The notes: generated by a model from the letters alone, not told the origin. Counted from the first letter of the stretch, positions 36,158 through 46,121 are shown. The stretch is DNA of 64,000 bases from Pyrinomonadaceae bacterium (GCA_963759585.1 CAVWZW010000003.1:68547-132546), one strand, 5' to 3'. Translations and numbers: made by a program.

Positions 36158-38665
36158 GTGAAGCGAGTTCTCAGTTATCAGTGCGCCTTTGCCGCGCTTT
36201 TGCTCGTCTTGGGCGCGTTTTCTTATGCGAGCGGGCAAACGGTAGGCCCCACGCCCGATCCATTTGTTACTCAGATTACATCGAGTGGCGCAGGCGGAAC
36301 TTTAAACCCGTTCAGGTCTTCTGCGAGCGACATCTCCGGCAACGGTCGTTTTGTCGTGTTTGAGTCAAACGGTGATGTTGCTACCCAAAACCGCAACAAC
36401 GCCGATGGCAATCGTGAGATCTTCCTGCTGGATTACGCCCAGCGCAGGATTTTTCAGTTAACTAACACCAGGAACGTCCTTAAACCCCCAGGCAGCCCGA
36501 CGCCTACACCGACGCCTACACCAACACCCAGTCCTGCTCCCAGCCCAACTCCAACTCCTGGGCCAACTCCAGCGGACACGAGTCTGGTTCAAATTGAGAT
36601 AAGCAACAATCAGCCGATCATAAGTTTTGAACCAGTATTGGTCGGCGGGCAACGGTTCTATCAGATCGTCTTCAGTTCCAACGCGCCTAATGCTGCAAAC
36701 TTTGATGGCACAGGAAGCGCAGCACTGAGCGCCGATGCGAACCAGGAGATCTGGGTTTACCTGATGCCCGCGGTAACAGATCTTAGTCTTACCAGTGGCG
36801 ATGAAGTGCCATTCCTGGACTTGTCAACGGGAACGTTTCAGCAAATAACAAATACTACGGCGAGCCGTGCTCCTACAGCGGGTTCGCTTGGAGTGTCACC
36901 TTTCGTCGCTGACGACAACCGCGAACCAGTGATCAGTGACAATGGTGAAGTCATTGCATTCATATCAACGCGCAGCGTTGTAGGTACTGGTAACGCAGAC
37001 GGAAATCCTGAACTGTTCCTGGCTTCGCGTACAGCAGCCAACTGGAGTGCGTTCGCCCTCGTACAAGCAACAACTACGCAAGATGCCGTTCAGGGAGTCG
37101 GGCGAACTTTTCAAGCGGCGCCTTCATTGTCTGCTAATGGCTCTGTCGTAGCGTTTATGTCAAGTGCGAACCTGACAGGCAACAATGCCGACGGAAATGG
37201 TCGTAGCAATGCAGAAGTGCATGTGGCAAATTTTTCCGGGGGTGCGTTTTCAAATGTTCGTCAGGTGACCCGAACTAAGCCGGATGCATCTGAGACCCCT
37301 GTAAACATTCTCAGTCCGGGGCGAAGACTGAGTCGAGATGGGGCACTGATCACGCTCGAGTCTCTCGCCGAGGATCCGAAGGCTAACACCACGACCAACG
37401 CCGCGGCCCGAGGGATTTTTGTCTACAACATTTCCACCGATGCATTTGTGTTGGCAGTGCCGCGGTCTACACAAACCGAGCTAGGTTTTGTTCACTTCCC
37501 AACCTTCAGCGATTACGACGGCACGTTGGCGCCCCGCGCGCTGGTCTTCGTTTCGGCATTAAACTTCAAAGTTGACGGCACATTTCCGGCTACCGCCGAT
37601 GTGGCTACAGGATTGAATCCGACCAACCAGCCGCAAATATTTTCGACGCCGGTTCCGGGCACTGTCACCGGGCCATTTACACGCTTGACGAAAAATCCCG
37701 TCGGGGCGTTTCTGGAAATTCGGCCTCTTGCCAGTCAAACGCGTGCACGCATCGCCTTCAGTCTCGGCGGATCGGAACTGGGCACAGGCAATCTGGATTT
37801 CTCATCAGAAGTCTATTACCTGTTAACGCCTACGGTTACTAGTGAGTCGGCGGCTGTACTTTCGTTTTTCACAGGGGCTAGTAATTTCCCTGTGGCCACG
37901 GCGACTCCGGCTCCCAGCCCAGCACCGTCGCCAGCACCTACACCGTCACCGACTCCTACACCAGGTACGATCGGCTTTGGTCTGGCAGCAGGTGAGCTCA
38001 GCATCGTCAGATCAACTGTCGGTCTCGCGCCTGGCGACAGGGTAGCTGTTGGAGGTTCAGAAACCGATCGTAGTCCGATATTGCCAATTGAACTTCTGGG
38101 AGTTTCAGTTTCAGTGAACGGAGCAGCGGCCGGACTCTATTTCGTCGGCGATTCGCCGGCGGAGGGAATTAATTTTGTGATGCCTGCTGGTTTGTCCGTT
38201 GGCGTTGCGACTGTCGTTGTCAACAATAACGGAACTGTATACCGCGGATTCGTGCAGGTGGTTCCAGCTCAGCCAGACATCTTCACGTCTACAAATGACG
38301 CGCTGGGCGTGGCGATGGTTTGCAATGTGACCAATCCCACGATCCCTGGGTGCGTCACCGGGCCTTTCCCATTGATGTCACCTGACAGCACTGGAACTTT
38401 GGTGCCCACGGTTCTGGAGATTTACCTGACCGGCGTGCGTAACGTTGCCCTGGCGGAAGCAAAGGTGACCATCGGGACTACCGACATCAACCCAACATCG
38501 GTGCGGCCGAATACGAACATGTTTGGGTTTGACTTCATCAGAATAACCCTGCCGGCGACACTAACGCCTGGGACGTATCCTATGGTTGTTTCGGTCACCA
38601 GGGGTGGAGCCACCTTCCAGAGCAGGGGGACAGCCACTGCACCGACGATAACCATCGGACCCTGA
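36158..38665 (+). CDS. Secreted PD40/TolB-like repeat protein with two Pro/Thr/Ser linkers and a Soli_cterm (TIGR03437-like) C-terminal domain
   Basis: GTG start with GGAGG 5 nt upstream. Signal peptide LLLVLGAFSYASGQ. Repeated NADGN(R/P)E(I/L)F motifs. Linkers SPTPTPTPTPTPSPAPSPTPTPGPTP and TPAPSPAPSPAPTPSPTPTPG. The C-terminus GVSVSVNGAAAGLYFVGDSPAEGINFVMPAG...VVPAQPDIFT resembles the Solibacter-type C-terminal domain. Confidence 0.8.
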   Translation: MKRVLSYQCAFAALLLVLGAFSYASGQTVGPTPDPFVTQITSSGAGGTLNPFRSSASDISGNGRFVVFESNGDVATQNRNNADGNREIFLLDYAQRRIFQLTNTRNVLKPPGSPTPTPTPTPTPSPAPSPTPTPGPTPADTSLVQIEISNNQPIISFEPVLVGGQRFYQIVFSSNAPNAANFDGTGSAALSADANQEIWVYLMPAVTDLSLTSGDEVPFLDLSTGTFQQITNTTASRAPTAGSLGVSPFVADDNREPVISDNGEVIAFISTRSVVGTGNADGNPELFLASRTAANWSAFALVQATTTQDAVQGVGRTFQAAPSLSANGSVVAFMSSANLTGNNADGNGRSNAEVHVANFSGGAFSNVRQVTRTKPDASETPVNILSPGRRLSRDGALITLESLAEDPKANTTTNAAARGIFVYNISTDAFVLAVPRSTQTELGFVHFPTFSDYDGTLAPRALVFVSALNFKVDGTFPATADVATGLNPTNQPQIFSTPVPGTVTGPFTRLTKNPVGAFLEIRPLASQTRARIAFSLGGSELGTGNLDFSSEVYYLLTPTVTSESAAVLSFFTGASNFPVATATPAPSPAPSPAPTPSPTPTPGTIGFGLAAGELSIVRSTVGLAPGDRVAVGGSETDRSPILPIELLGVSVSVNGAAAGLYFVGDSPAEGINFVMPAGLSVGVATVVVNNNGTVYRGFVQVVPAQPDIFTSTNDALGVAMVCNVTNPTIPGCVTGPFPLMSPDSTGTLVPTVLEIYLTGVRNVALAEAKVTIGTTDINPTSVRPNTNMFGFDFIRITLPATLTPGTYPMVVSVTRGGATFQSRGTATAPTITIGP

Positions 38666-38691
38666 GTTGAATTTCATATCCCACTTCCGGA

Positions 38692-38723
38692 CCCGCACGA
38701 CGCAATCGTGCGGGTTTTGTTTT
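38692..38723 (+). terminator. Rho-independent terminator
   Basis: Stem cccgcacga, loop cgcaa, stem tcgtgcggg, followed by ttttgtttt, 27 nt after the stop at 38665. Confidence 0.85.
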
Positions 38724-38746
38724 ACAGACCGGAACCGGAAACAAGT

Positions 38747-38807
38747 GTTCGGAGTACAACCTTCAGGTTGCCTCTTGCCCACCGTAACCTGAAGTTGTAC
38801 GCCGAAC
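38747..38807. repeat. Hairpin/inverted repeat
   Basis: gttcggagtacaaccttcaggtt pairs with aacctgaagttgtacgccgaac. The right arm resembles the aagc(c/t)tgtacgcctgta motif seen at 4691 and 12340. Confidence 0.6.
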
Positions 38808-38949
38808 GCCTGCCAGCCTGAGCTGCACTACCTGGGTATCCCCAGAACCGCCAAAAAGTGATACTATCCCGGGCACTTCAATGGGCGTCCGGAAGCCCTC
38901 CTCGTTCGCGTTTGTACACAGTTAAGTTTTGAAGTTGCGAGCCAGTCCC

Positions 38950-40305
38950 ATGCGACGTTTGCACCCGATCCTGGCGGTTCTTGCTGTAGTCGCCTTTGGT
39001 GTGCCCAGTCAACCCGCAGCTCTGGAACCGCAGACGCCACAACGACCGATCCGTTGGCCCACCCGGATCGTAAAAATCGCAGTTTCAAATTCGTTAACAA
39101 CTTCATCGACGAGCATCGCCGCAGGGAGCGACGTATCCGGGGCACTGCAACGTGCTCTTGATAGCTGGTCCGCCGCATCAGGGATCAGGTTTTTGGTAAC
39201 GCCGTCAACCACAGACTCGATCAACCCTGCGGGGGCAGGCGATGGCGTCAATCTCGTAACAGTTGCGCCTACTGCGGAAAACCTCGCCATCTTCGCAGGA
39301 GGAAACAATGCGGCTCGCACCCGCGTCCACTATGATCGACTCACCGGCGACATCGGCGAGGCTGACATCGTGATCAATCCTTATCCGCGTTCGGTGGAGG
39401 GATCGGCTCTGCTTTTTACTACCGATGGCACTCCCGGAACATACGACCTGCAATCCACTTTTGCGCACGAGATAGGTCACCTGCTCGGTTTGAATCACTC
39501 CAACATTATTGCTTCAACCATGCAGGAGACTCAGGGACTCAACGGAACTTTCGGAATGCCCGCCTTCGATGAGCGAAGTTTGAGTGAATCCGATCGGATT
39601 GCTGTTCAAACGTTGTATGGATCATGTGAAAACCTGGGTACTGTCTCTGGCAAGGTCTTTAACAATCTTCCATCGCGAGCCACACCGGCGCGTGGCGCCC
39701 ACGTTTGGATCGAGTCAGTGGACTCGGGTCGAGTCGTGGCGGGCAGTCTTGTTGATAATGGAGGGAAGTTTAGTTTCGGTTGTTTGCCCGCGGGAGAATA
39801 CAGAGCTGTCATTGAAAGGCAGTTCGGATCAATTGAGGATTCAACCACCAGCGCGCCCGAACCAAAGGTTACGGGGCGGCAAAAAATTCTGCGCGGTACA
39901 GAAATAAGCAGCTACCTGAGCGTGTTTGCGGACAGGGAAAGTCCGCTCAACTTCCTTCTGGCGCCCATCCAAAAAACATCGCGTGTCTTGCGTCCACGCT
40001 TTTTCGGTATTAATGGAGAGCTTTCTACTGTTCCTGTATCGGTCGAGGCCGGTTCCAAGTTCAGACTTTACATCGGCGGGCCGGGAGTTGATCAGGTCCT
40101 CGGCAGTGGGCTGACGCTGGCCTCTCCATTTATGACCGTCGATACCGCGAGCTTGAAGTTGCAATCGGGTGGAACGACTCCGGTAATTAGTTTTGATGTG
40201 ACCATTGCATCCGAAGCGCCTCCGGGAGACTATAGCTTACGACTACAATCCAAGTCGGGTGAGCTGGCCTATCTAGTCGGGGCGATTACCGTCGATGTCT
40301 TTTAG
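38950..40305 (+). CDS. Secreted matrixin-like (M10 metzincin) zinc metalloprotease with carboxypeptidase-regulatory-like and Ig-like C-terminal domains
   Basis: HEIGHLLGLNHS (HExxHxxGxxH). Signal peptide MRRLHPILAVLAVVAFGVPS. GTVSGKVFNN...GKFSFGCLPAGEYRAVIE. An alternative TTG start lies at 38929. Confidence 0.8.
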   Translation: MRRLHPILAVLAVVAFGVPSQPAALEPQTPQRPIRWPTRIVKIAVSNSLTTSSTSIAAGSDVSGALQRALDSWSAASGIRFLVTPSTTDSINPAGAGDGVNLVTVAPTAENLAIFAGGNNAARTRVHYDRLTGDIGEADIVINPYPRSVEGSALLFTTDGTPGTYDLQSTFAHEIGHLLGLNHSNIIASTMQETQGLNGTFGMPAFDERSLSESDRIAVQTLYGSCENLGTVSGKVFNNLPSRATPARGAHVWIESVDSGRVVAGSLVDNGGKFSFGCLPAGEYRAVIERQFGSIEDSTTSAPEPKVTGRQKILRGTEISSYLSVFADRESPLNFLLAPIQKTSRVLRPRFFGINGELSTVPVSVEAGSKFRLYIGGPGVDQVLGSGLTLASPFMTVDTASLKLQSGGTTPVISFDVTIASEAPPGDYSLRLQSKSGELAYLVGAITVDVF

Positions 40306-40351
40306 TATCAAGTAGCTCCTGACCGATCACATTCCCTTCGTCACTTCCCGA

Positions 40352-41176
40352 ATGATTTCAGCACAAGCAGCCAGGCGCGCGGTGTGGCGGCCACTCTGGG
40401 AACTTCCCCGTCGACTCGATCTGATCCTGTCGTTGGCGCGACGCGAGTTTGCCGCGCGATACAAGGGGTCGTTTCTTGGAATCCTGTGGGCAATAGTTAC
40501 GCCGATCGTAACCATCGCCATCTTCACTATTATTTTTGCGGGAATCTTTGGGGCCCGTTTCGGGACCGGCGGCACACACTGGGACTATGCGATTTATCTT
40601 TTCTGCGGGTTGTTACCGTGGACCATGTTTCAGGAAACTGTCCAACAGTCGGCCACCACCATCGTCTCGCACGCGAACCTCGTCAAGCGCGTGGTCTTTC
40701 CGCTGGAAACGTTGCCGATTGCGCAAGCGCTCTCGTCTCTGATTCATCAGATGTTCGGCACCCTTGCGCTGCTTGTTGCCACACTGGTCATACATCGCAG
40801 GTTGCACTTCACGCTTCTGTGGCTGCCCGTCTTGATAATCCCTCAACTGCTAGCGGCAATTGGCGCAGCGTGGCTAGTAGCCTCTCTAGGCGTGTTTCTC
40901 CGCGACATTAGCCAGGGCCTCGGCCTTGTGTTGATGGCCTGGATGTTTCTAACCCCGATAATCTATCCAGAGTCCATCGTGCCCGAAGGCTATCGCCCTT
41001 TCATAAACGCCAACCCGTTTACGGCGCTTGTGCGCAGCCACCGGCGAATCTTATTGGAGGGCAGTTCTCCCGATTGGGCGGCGTTGGCTTACTTCACTGC
41101 GTTCGCCCTCGTCCTCTTTGTTTTTGGCTATTGGTGGTTTGCCCGCACCCGCAAAAACTTCGCGGACGTTGTCTAG
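40352..41176 (+). CDS. wzm: Polysaccharide ABC-2 type exporter permease (Wzm/TagG-type)
   Basis: LARREFAARYKGSFLGILWAIVTPIVTI and six TM segments, typical of ABC-2 permeases. Confidence 0.85.
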   Translation: MISAQAARRAVWRPLWELPRRLDLILSLARREFAARYKGSFLGILWAIVTPIVTIAIFTIIFAGIFGARFGTGGTHWDYAIYLFCGLLPWTMFQETVQQSATTIVSHANLVKRVVFPLETLPIAQALSSLIHQMFGTLALLVATLVIHRRLHFTLLWLPVLIIPQLLAAIGAAWLVASLGVFLRDISQGLGLVLMAWMFLTPIIYPESIVPEGYRPFINANPFTALVRSHRRILLEGSSPDWAALAYFTAFALVLFVFGYWWFARTRKNFADVV

Positions 41177-41723
41177 CCGCGAACACAGCTTCTTTCATCA
41201 TCAATCATACGTTCACGATAGCCGAAACTACCGCCACTGTGACCTTCAATAAAGACGATAAAGGCGCCGTCACCGGCGTCGTTTTGAAGACGAGAATGGG
41301 AGTAATAAATGCGTCGCGGCTCACTCCTTGAAGCATCAGCTGCTATGAACGCCTGCGGCTCACCTCCTCTGAAAGGTAATGGATGAGAGCCGAACGCGGG
41401 ATGACGTTTTATTTAGATATTAATTAAAGAACCCCGACTCGTAGGGATAGCGCGGGATGCTTAGGCTAAAAACACCAGCGACTTTTTCAATGATCGCTAC
41501 CTCCAGGATCGTGGCTACCGCGCTGGGTTCTGTAAGAGCCGACCTGCATTAGTAACAAAAAAAGCCGCGTTGACAGCCCATTTTGCGCGTGATAGCGTAG
41601 CGCTCGACCCTTTCATCCAGGGAAAGAGGTCAAAACGAACAAAATGGTTAGGTCTCCTCGAAGCTTCCTGCCCACCCCGGCGTTTGACTCCGCTGCCATA
41701 TTCAGTGATACATAATACTCTTG

Positions 41724-44027
41724 ATGGGCTTCCTAAAGTCTAAGGTCGTTAAGGCTGCCGAGAAATTCCTTTCCCAAGGAAAAATCAACGCTGCCATTAA
41801 GGAGTATCGTCAGATCGTTGCAAACGATAATGACGATCTCACCGCTCTCAACATGTTGGGAGATCTCTTGGCGCGCGCAGGGGAGAAAGAAGAGGCCTCC
41901 ACTTGTTTCTTACGCATCGCTGAGCACTATCGCGAACAGGAATTCAGGCTCAAAGCCATCGCGATGTATAAGAAGATTGAGAAGCTCAAGCCGCGCGATC
42001 CGGAGATCGCCAGCGAGCTTGCCGATCTTTATGCGGCCCAGGGCTTAATCGTAGACGCCCGCGCTCAGTATCTTGTAGTTGCTGATGCTTTCACTCGGAG
42101 CGGACAAAACAAGGAAGCTCTGGAAGTGCTTCGTAAGATTGCCGACCTCGATGTTCAGAACACGCAAGTCAGACTAAAACTCGCTGAGGGCTATCTCAAC
42201 GAAGGCATGCGCCCTGAAGCCGCAAAGGCTTTTTGTGACGCTGCGGCGCGGATGCTGGAAAAGGGGAATTACGAAGACTCTCTTGATGCTTACTCGAGAG
42301 CATTAGCGCTGAGGCCGGAGGACAAAGGGATCCTTCGTGGTCTGGTTTCGGTGCACACGGCGTTGGGGACAGCGGATGAGGCGGCCGAGTTGCTTGAAAA
42401 GGCGGTGGAGGCTAACCCGGAAGATGCGGAACTTCTTGAAATGCTCGCTCAATCATACATTGAAGCGGGAGACGCTACCGGAGCTGAACTTGCGACCTCG
42501 CAGTTGATGGCCCAGGACGCGTCAAACCACCGGCGCTATATCGACGTTTTTCGTTTGTACATCAAGCAGGGTAATGCCACCGAAGGGGCCCGAATCCTTG
42601 AAGTGATAATTGAGCCGATGCTTTCAGGTCGTGAAGAGGCCGACCTGCTTGATCTTATCGGCGACCTCCTTGAAATCGCACCGGAACACGTTTCCGGACT
42701 GAAGCTGCTGGCCAAGGTCTATTGGTGGCAGCGCGATATGGAAAAATTGCGCTCTGTTCTGGAGCTCATGGTCGAAGCGGCCGAGGCGTCAGGCCTGACT
42801 GAAGATGAGCGTTATGCTCTCACCCAACTTGTCCGCCTCGCTCCGGACGAACAGCGCTTTGCTGATCGGCTGGAAGAGCTTGGTGGCTCGCTCGAAGACA
42901 TCTCTGAGTTGCCGCAAGCAGATCATCCCTCCCCGGATGAAGTGCCTTCGTTTTCAGGCTTTGATCTCGTCGGAGACGATCCGGCGGTTGAGGAAGAGCC
43001 GGTTGCTAGTGAGACTCCGGGGTCAGAGTTTGAATGGAATTCTGTAGCACAGGCGAGCATATCTGACGCCAACGCATCGTTTGCTGATCTGAATGAATCG
43101 GATGAAGCCGTCGTTCCTGAGATTGAAATCTCCGACTATGATTCGGCTCCCCAGCCGTCGGATTCTGTATACGGCGAGATTGATATGTCCCCCGAGCCTG
43201 AGGCTTCTGGAGATGGGGCCAATGCTGCGCGAGTTCAAGTGATGATGCAGCAGGAGCTTGAGAGTGTCGATTTCTACATCACCCAGGGCTACTCGGACAT
43301 TGCGCTAGACACCTTGGAGTTGCTTGAACGGCAGTTTGGTTCACACCCTGAAATCGAATCTCGTAGAGCAAAACTTCAGGCTGGATCACAACCTGTCTCT
43401 TCAGAGTCGTTCGGTGTAATCGTAGGTGATCCTGAGACGCAGGCATACGAAACGGCTCCTGAAATGATCTTCGATGGAGTTGAACAACCGGCGGTGACTA
43501 AGCCCGCCGCAATGCCTTCAGCTCCCGCACCAGCGGCCCATGGAATTGATTCAGGATTGGCTGAGATATTTGAGGAGTTTCGTCTGGAGGCCGAAGGCGA
43601 TGATCACACGGTCTCAACAGAAGACTATGAAACTCACTACAACATGGCGACAGCCTACAAAGAGATGGACCTGCTGGATGAGGCCATCCGGGAATTTCAG
43701 GCTGCCGCTGCGTTAGTTTCACCTACCGATGGCACGGCGCGTTACTTCCAGTGTTGCAACATGCTCGGCCACTGCTTTGTAGAAAAGACGATGCCTCAGG
43801 CTGCGGTGCTTTGGTTTAAGAAGGGAATTGAAACGCCGGGCCGATCACCGGAAGAGTATAAGGCCATCCAATACGAACTGGGCTCCGCATACGAGCAGAT
43901 GGAAGACCTGAGACAAGCCGCAGCTGCCTTCACCGAGGTTTATGGAGTTGATGTGGGCTATCGGGATATTGCGGAGAGGCTGAGTAACATTCAGTTTCTG
44001 CAGAAGCAAAAGGGTAAGAAGAAGTAG
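41724..44027 (+). CDS. TPR-repeat protein with an acidic central linker
   Basis: N- and C-terminal TPR-like helices (AIKEYRQIVANDNDDLTALNMLGDLLARAGEKEEA...; HYNMATAYKEMDLLDEAIREFQAAA). The central D/E-rich region is low-complexity. Confidence 0.75.
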   Translation: MGFLKSKVVKAAEKFLSQGKINAAIKEYRQIVANDNDDLTALNMLGDLLARAGEKEEASTCFLRIAEHYREQEFRLKAIAMYKKIEKLKPRDPEIASELADLYAAQGLIVDARAQYLVVADAFTRSGQNKEALEVLRKIADLDVQNTQVRLKLAEGYLNEGMRPEAAKAFCDAAARMLEKGNYEDSLDAYSRALALRPEDKGILRGLVSVHTALGTADEAAELLEKAVEANPEDAELLEMLAQSYIEAGDATGAELATSQLMAQDASNHRRYIDVFRLYIKQGNATEGARILEVIIEPMLSGREEADLLDLIGDLLEIAPEHVSGLKLLAKVYWWQRDMEKLRSVLELMVEAAEASGLTEDERYALTQLVRLAPDEQRFADRLEELGGSLEDISELPQADHPSPDEVPSFSGFDLVGDDPAVEEEPVASETPGSEFEWNSVAQASISDANASFADLNESDEAVVPEIEISDYDSAPQPSDSVYGEIDMSPEPEASGDGANAARVQVMMQQELESVDFYITQGYSDIALDTLELLERQFGSHPEIESRRAKLQAGSQPVSSESFGVIVGDPETQAYETAPEMIFDGVEQPAVTKPAAMPSAPAPAAHGIDSGLAEIFEEFRLEAEGDDHTVSTEDYETHYNMATAYKEMDLLDEAIREFQAAAALVSPTDGTARYFQCCNMLGHCFVEKTMPQAAVLWFKKGIETPGRSPEEYKAIQYELGSAYEQMEDLRQAAAAFTEVYGVDVGYRDIAERLSNIQFLQKQKGKKK

Positions 44028-44030
44028 ATC

Positions 44031-44116
44031 GCAATCGTGAATCGTAAATCGTGAATAGTAACTAGAGCTATCGCGTCATCGGATCACTATTTACGATTCA
44101 CTATTTACGATTTACG
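44031..44116. repeat. Imperfect palindrome built from heptamer words (gaatcgt/aaatcgt/gaatagt)
   Basis: gcaatcgtgaatcgtaaatcgtgaatagtaac pairs with tcactatttacgattcactatttacgatttacg, immediately after the TPR gene stop. It is a possible terminator hairpin but has no U-tract. Confidence 0.6.
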
Positions 44117-44125
44117 GTTTCGTCT

Positions 44126-44518
44126 ATGTCGGCCAAGTTAAGTGTCATCTTCTATATCATCCTCTGTCTTGAGATCGGCATTGTGCTTACGTTGCTGCCG
44201 TGGATTCCTCAAGGCACGCTTGGCATGAGCGAATGGGGAAGCAATTATTTTCTTTTGTACGCCGCGCGCAAGACGGGGTTCTATGGCCTCCAGACTGTGG
44301 TCGCCTCCGGGTGGATTCGTGGCGCAGTAACCGGAATCGGCCTGCTGAACATCGCAATTGCCTTTTGGGAAATCTTTCATTTTAAGCAGACCGTGCGTGC
44401 GCTCCAGGAGAGTACTGACCCCGCCAGGCTACGCGTTAATGAAGCTAAACCCGCAAAAGAAACTCATCTACCTGATTACCAGCGGGGAAACGAGTCCCCA
44501 GACAACACCAGCAACTAA
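44126..44518 (+). CDS. Small hypothetical membrane protein (3 TM)
   Basis: Hydrophobic segments VIFYIILCLEIGIVLTLLPWI, FYGLQTVVASGWIRGAV and GIGLLNIAIAFWEIF. It overlaps the thiE start by ~80 nt. Confidence 0.5.
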   Translation: MSAKLSVIFYIILCLEIGIVLTLLPWIPQGTLGMSEWGSNYFLLYAARKTGFYGLQTVVASGWIRGAVTGIGLLNIAIAFWEIFHFKQTVRALQESTDPARLRVNEAKPAKETHLPDYQRGNESPDNTSN

Positions 44519-45104
44519 CGACTTCGCCGTCGTTCTCGGGCTGATCGAGGCGGCCGTAGCCGCTCAGATCGAGCTGGTCCAGATCCGTGAAAAACTCATG
44601 ACCGCTAAAGCGCTTTATGCCATGGCGGAAGCGGCTGCTCGGATTACTCGAAATACGTCGACCAGATTGCTGGTAAACGATCGGGCCGATATCGCTGCGG
44701 CTACCGGCGCAGACGGAGTTCACCTCACTACCAAATCACTTTCTCCAGAGGTTGTACGTAACGCATTTGGCGAAGAATTTCTGATTGGATCCTCAGCTCA
44801 TTCGTTCCGCGAGGCTTCCACGGCGCGCGCTCAAGGGGCGGACTTCGTAGTGTTTGGTCCGGTTTTCCAGACCGCCTCCAAACAGCAATATGGACAGCCT
44901 TTGGGACTCGACCAACTCAGGAAAGTCGCTGCCGAACTGTCACCGTTTCCGGTTCTTGCACTCGGCGGTATAACCTCCGCGAACGCCGCAGACTGTCATC
45001 AAGCAGGTGCCAGTGGGATCGCCGCGATAAGCATGCTTAACGATCCGATGCGGCTTAGATCCATTGTTAACGAAATCAAAGTGAGGTTTGAAGGAAAGAG
45101 ATAA
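44439..45104 (+). CDS. thiE: Thiamine-phosphate synthase
   Basis: LIYLITSGE, VQIREK, GADGVHLTTKS, GADFVVFGPVFQTASK, LALGGI. The ATG at 44439 gives a typical length. Confidence 0.8.
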   Translation: MKLNPQKKLIYLITSGETSPQTTPATNDFAVVLGLIEAAVAAQIELVQIREKLMTAKALYAMAEAAARITRNTSTRLLVNDRADIAAATGADGVHLTTKSLSPEVVRNAFGEEFLIGSSAHSFREASTARAQGADFVVFGPVFQTASKQQYGQPLGLDQLRKVAAELSPFPVLALGGITSANAADCHQAGASGIAAISMLNDPMRLRSIVNEIKVRFEGKR

Positions 45105-45946
45105 TGGTAAGGGGAACCGCGGGTCGCACACCACGGGCACTGACTATTGCCGGATTCGATCCCTCAGGCGGCGCCGGTGTGCTTGCTGACTCGAGGACCT
45201 TTACCGCCCTGGGCTGCCGCGCATCCGCCGTGATCACATCTTTGACGTTTCAAAACTCCAAAAATGTTCTCGGTGCAATTCATCAAAGCGCCGCGGCTGT
45301 GCGTGATCAAGTGATGCCGCTGTTAGAAGACTCGTTCGCGTGCGTGAAGACTGGAATGTTGCCGACGCGCGAAGTAGTCGATCAAGTCGCACGTTTGTTT
45401 CGCGAAACCAACTTACCCGCGCCTGTCGTCGATCCGGTGATGATCTCGTCCTCTGGCCAAAGGTTGATGGAGGAGGCTGCGCGAGAAGTGTTAATCGGAG
45501 CACTATTACCAATTGCAGTCCTGGTAACGCCCAATATCCCCGAAGCCGAAAATCTTACGGGAGCTGAGATAACGTCTGAAGCAGGAATGCGCGAAGCGGC
45601 TGCCCTGATTCGGCGAATTGGCGCACGGGCAGTGCTAATCAAAGGTGGACACTTGAAAAACAGGAGGCAGCAGGAGGCAGGGAACGATTCCTCTCGCGGT
45701 GACTCATTCGATCCCGACGATACTCTTGCATTAGAAGAGGCGATTGATGTGTTGGACAACGATGGCGTGGTGACAATCTTCCGTCAAAGGCGAGTGCCAA
45801 ATGTCGAGCTTCATGGAACGGGATGCATGCTCTCGGCTGCAATTGCCGCAGGATTGGGAAAGGGAAAGACGTTGGAGGAGTCTGTCCGAGCGGCTAAGCA
45901 GTTTGTGTTCGATCAGATCAACCAGATAGCACAACCTACTGGTTGA
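45104..45946 (+). CDS. thiD: Hydroxymethylpyrimidine/phosphomethylpyrimidine kinase
   Basis: LTIAGFDPSGGAGVLADSRTF, VKTGML, LVTPNIPEAE, GTGCMLSAAIAAGL. Its start overlaps the thiE stop (TAATG). Confidence 0.85.
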   Translation: MVRGTAGRTPRALTIAGFDPSGGAGVLADSRTFTALGCRASAVITSLTFQNSKNVLGAIHQSAAAVRDQVMPLLEDSFACVKTGMLPTREVVDQVARLFRETNLPAPVVDPVMISSSGQRLMEEAAREVLIGALLPIAVLVTPNIPEAENLTGAEITSEAGMREAAALIRRIGARAVLIKGGHLKNRRQQEAGNDSSRGDSFDPDDTLALEEAIDVLDNDGVVTIFRQRRVPNVELHGTGCMLSAAIAAGLGKGKTLEESVRAAKQFVFDQINQIAQPTG

Positions 45947-46121
45947 AGAAGATCTTCGTACCGGCTATGCCGTCTGATGTGAGGCGGTGGCTTCGCCCCG
46001 CCGTAAGTGGGCTTTTTTATTTTTGGGCTATGCCCGCCGGGGCGCAGCCCCAAGATTCCAGTTATTAATGGAACGGAAGGGCGTAGCCACTTCCGCACAT
46101 CTGGCGGCTAAGCCGCAATCG

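Noticed and set aside
40384-40911. 175-aa ORF overlapping wzm in another frame.
   Set aside because: The wzm frame has the canonical ABC-2 motifs and TM pattern. The alternative frame is Arg/Ser-rich with no features.
45975-46030. A possible bidirectional terminator between thiD and ppiB (ggcggtggcttcgccccgcc ... gggcttttttattttt).
   Set aside because: The stem is imperfect and the T-tract is ~10 nt from the stem. It is plausible but not well enough supported to list as a feature.
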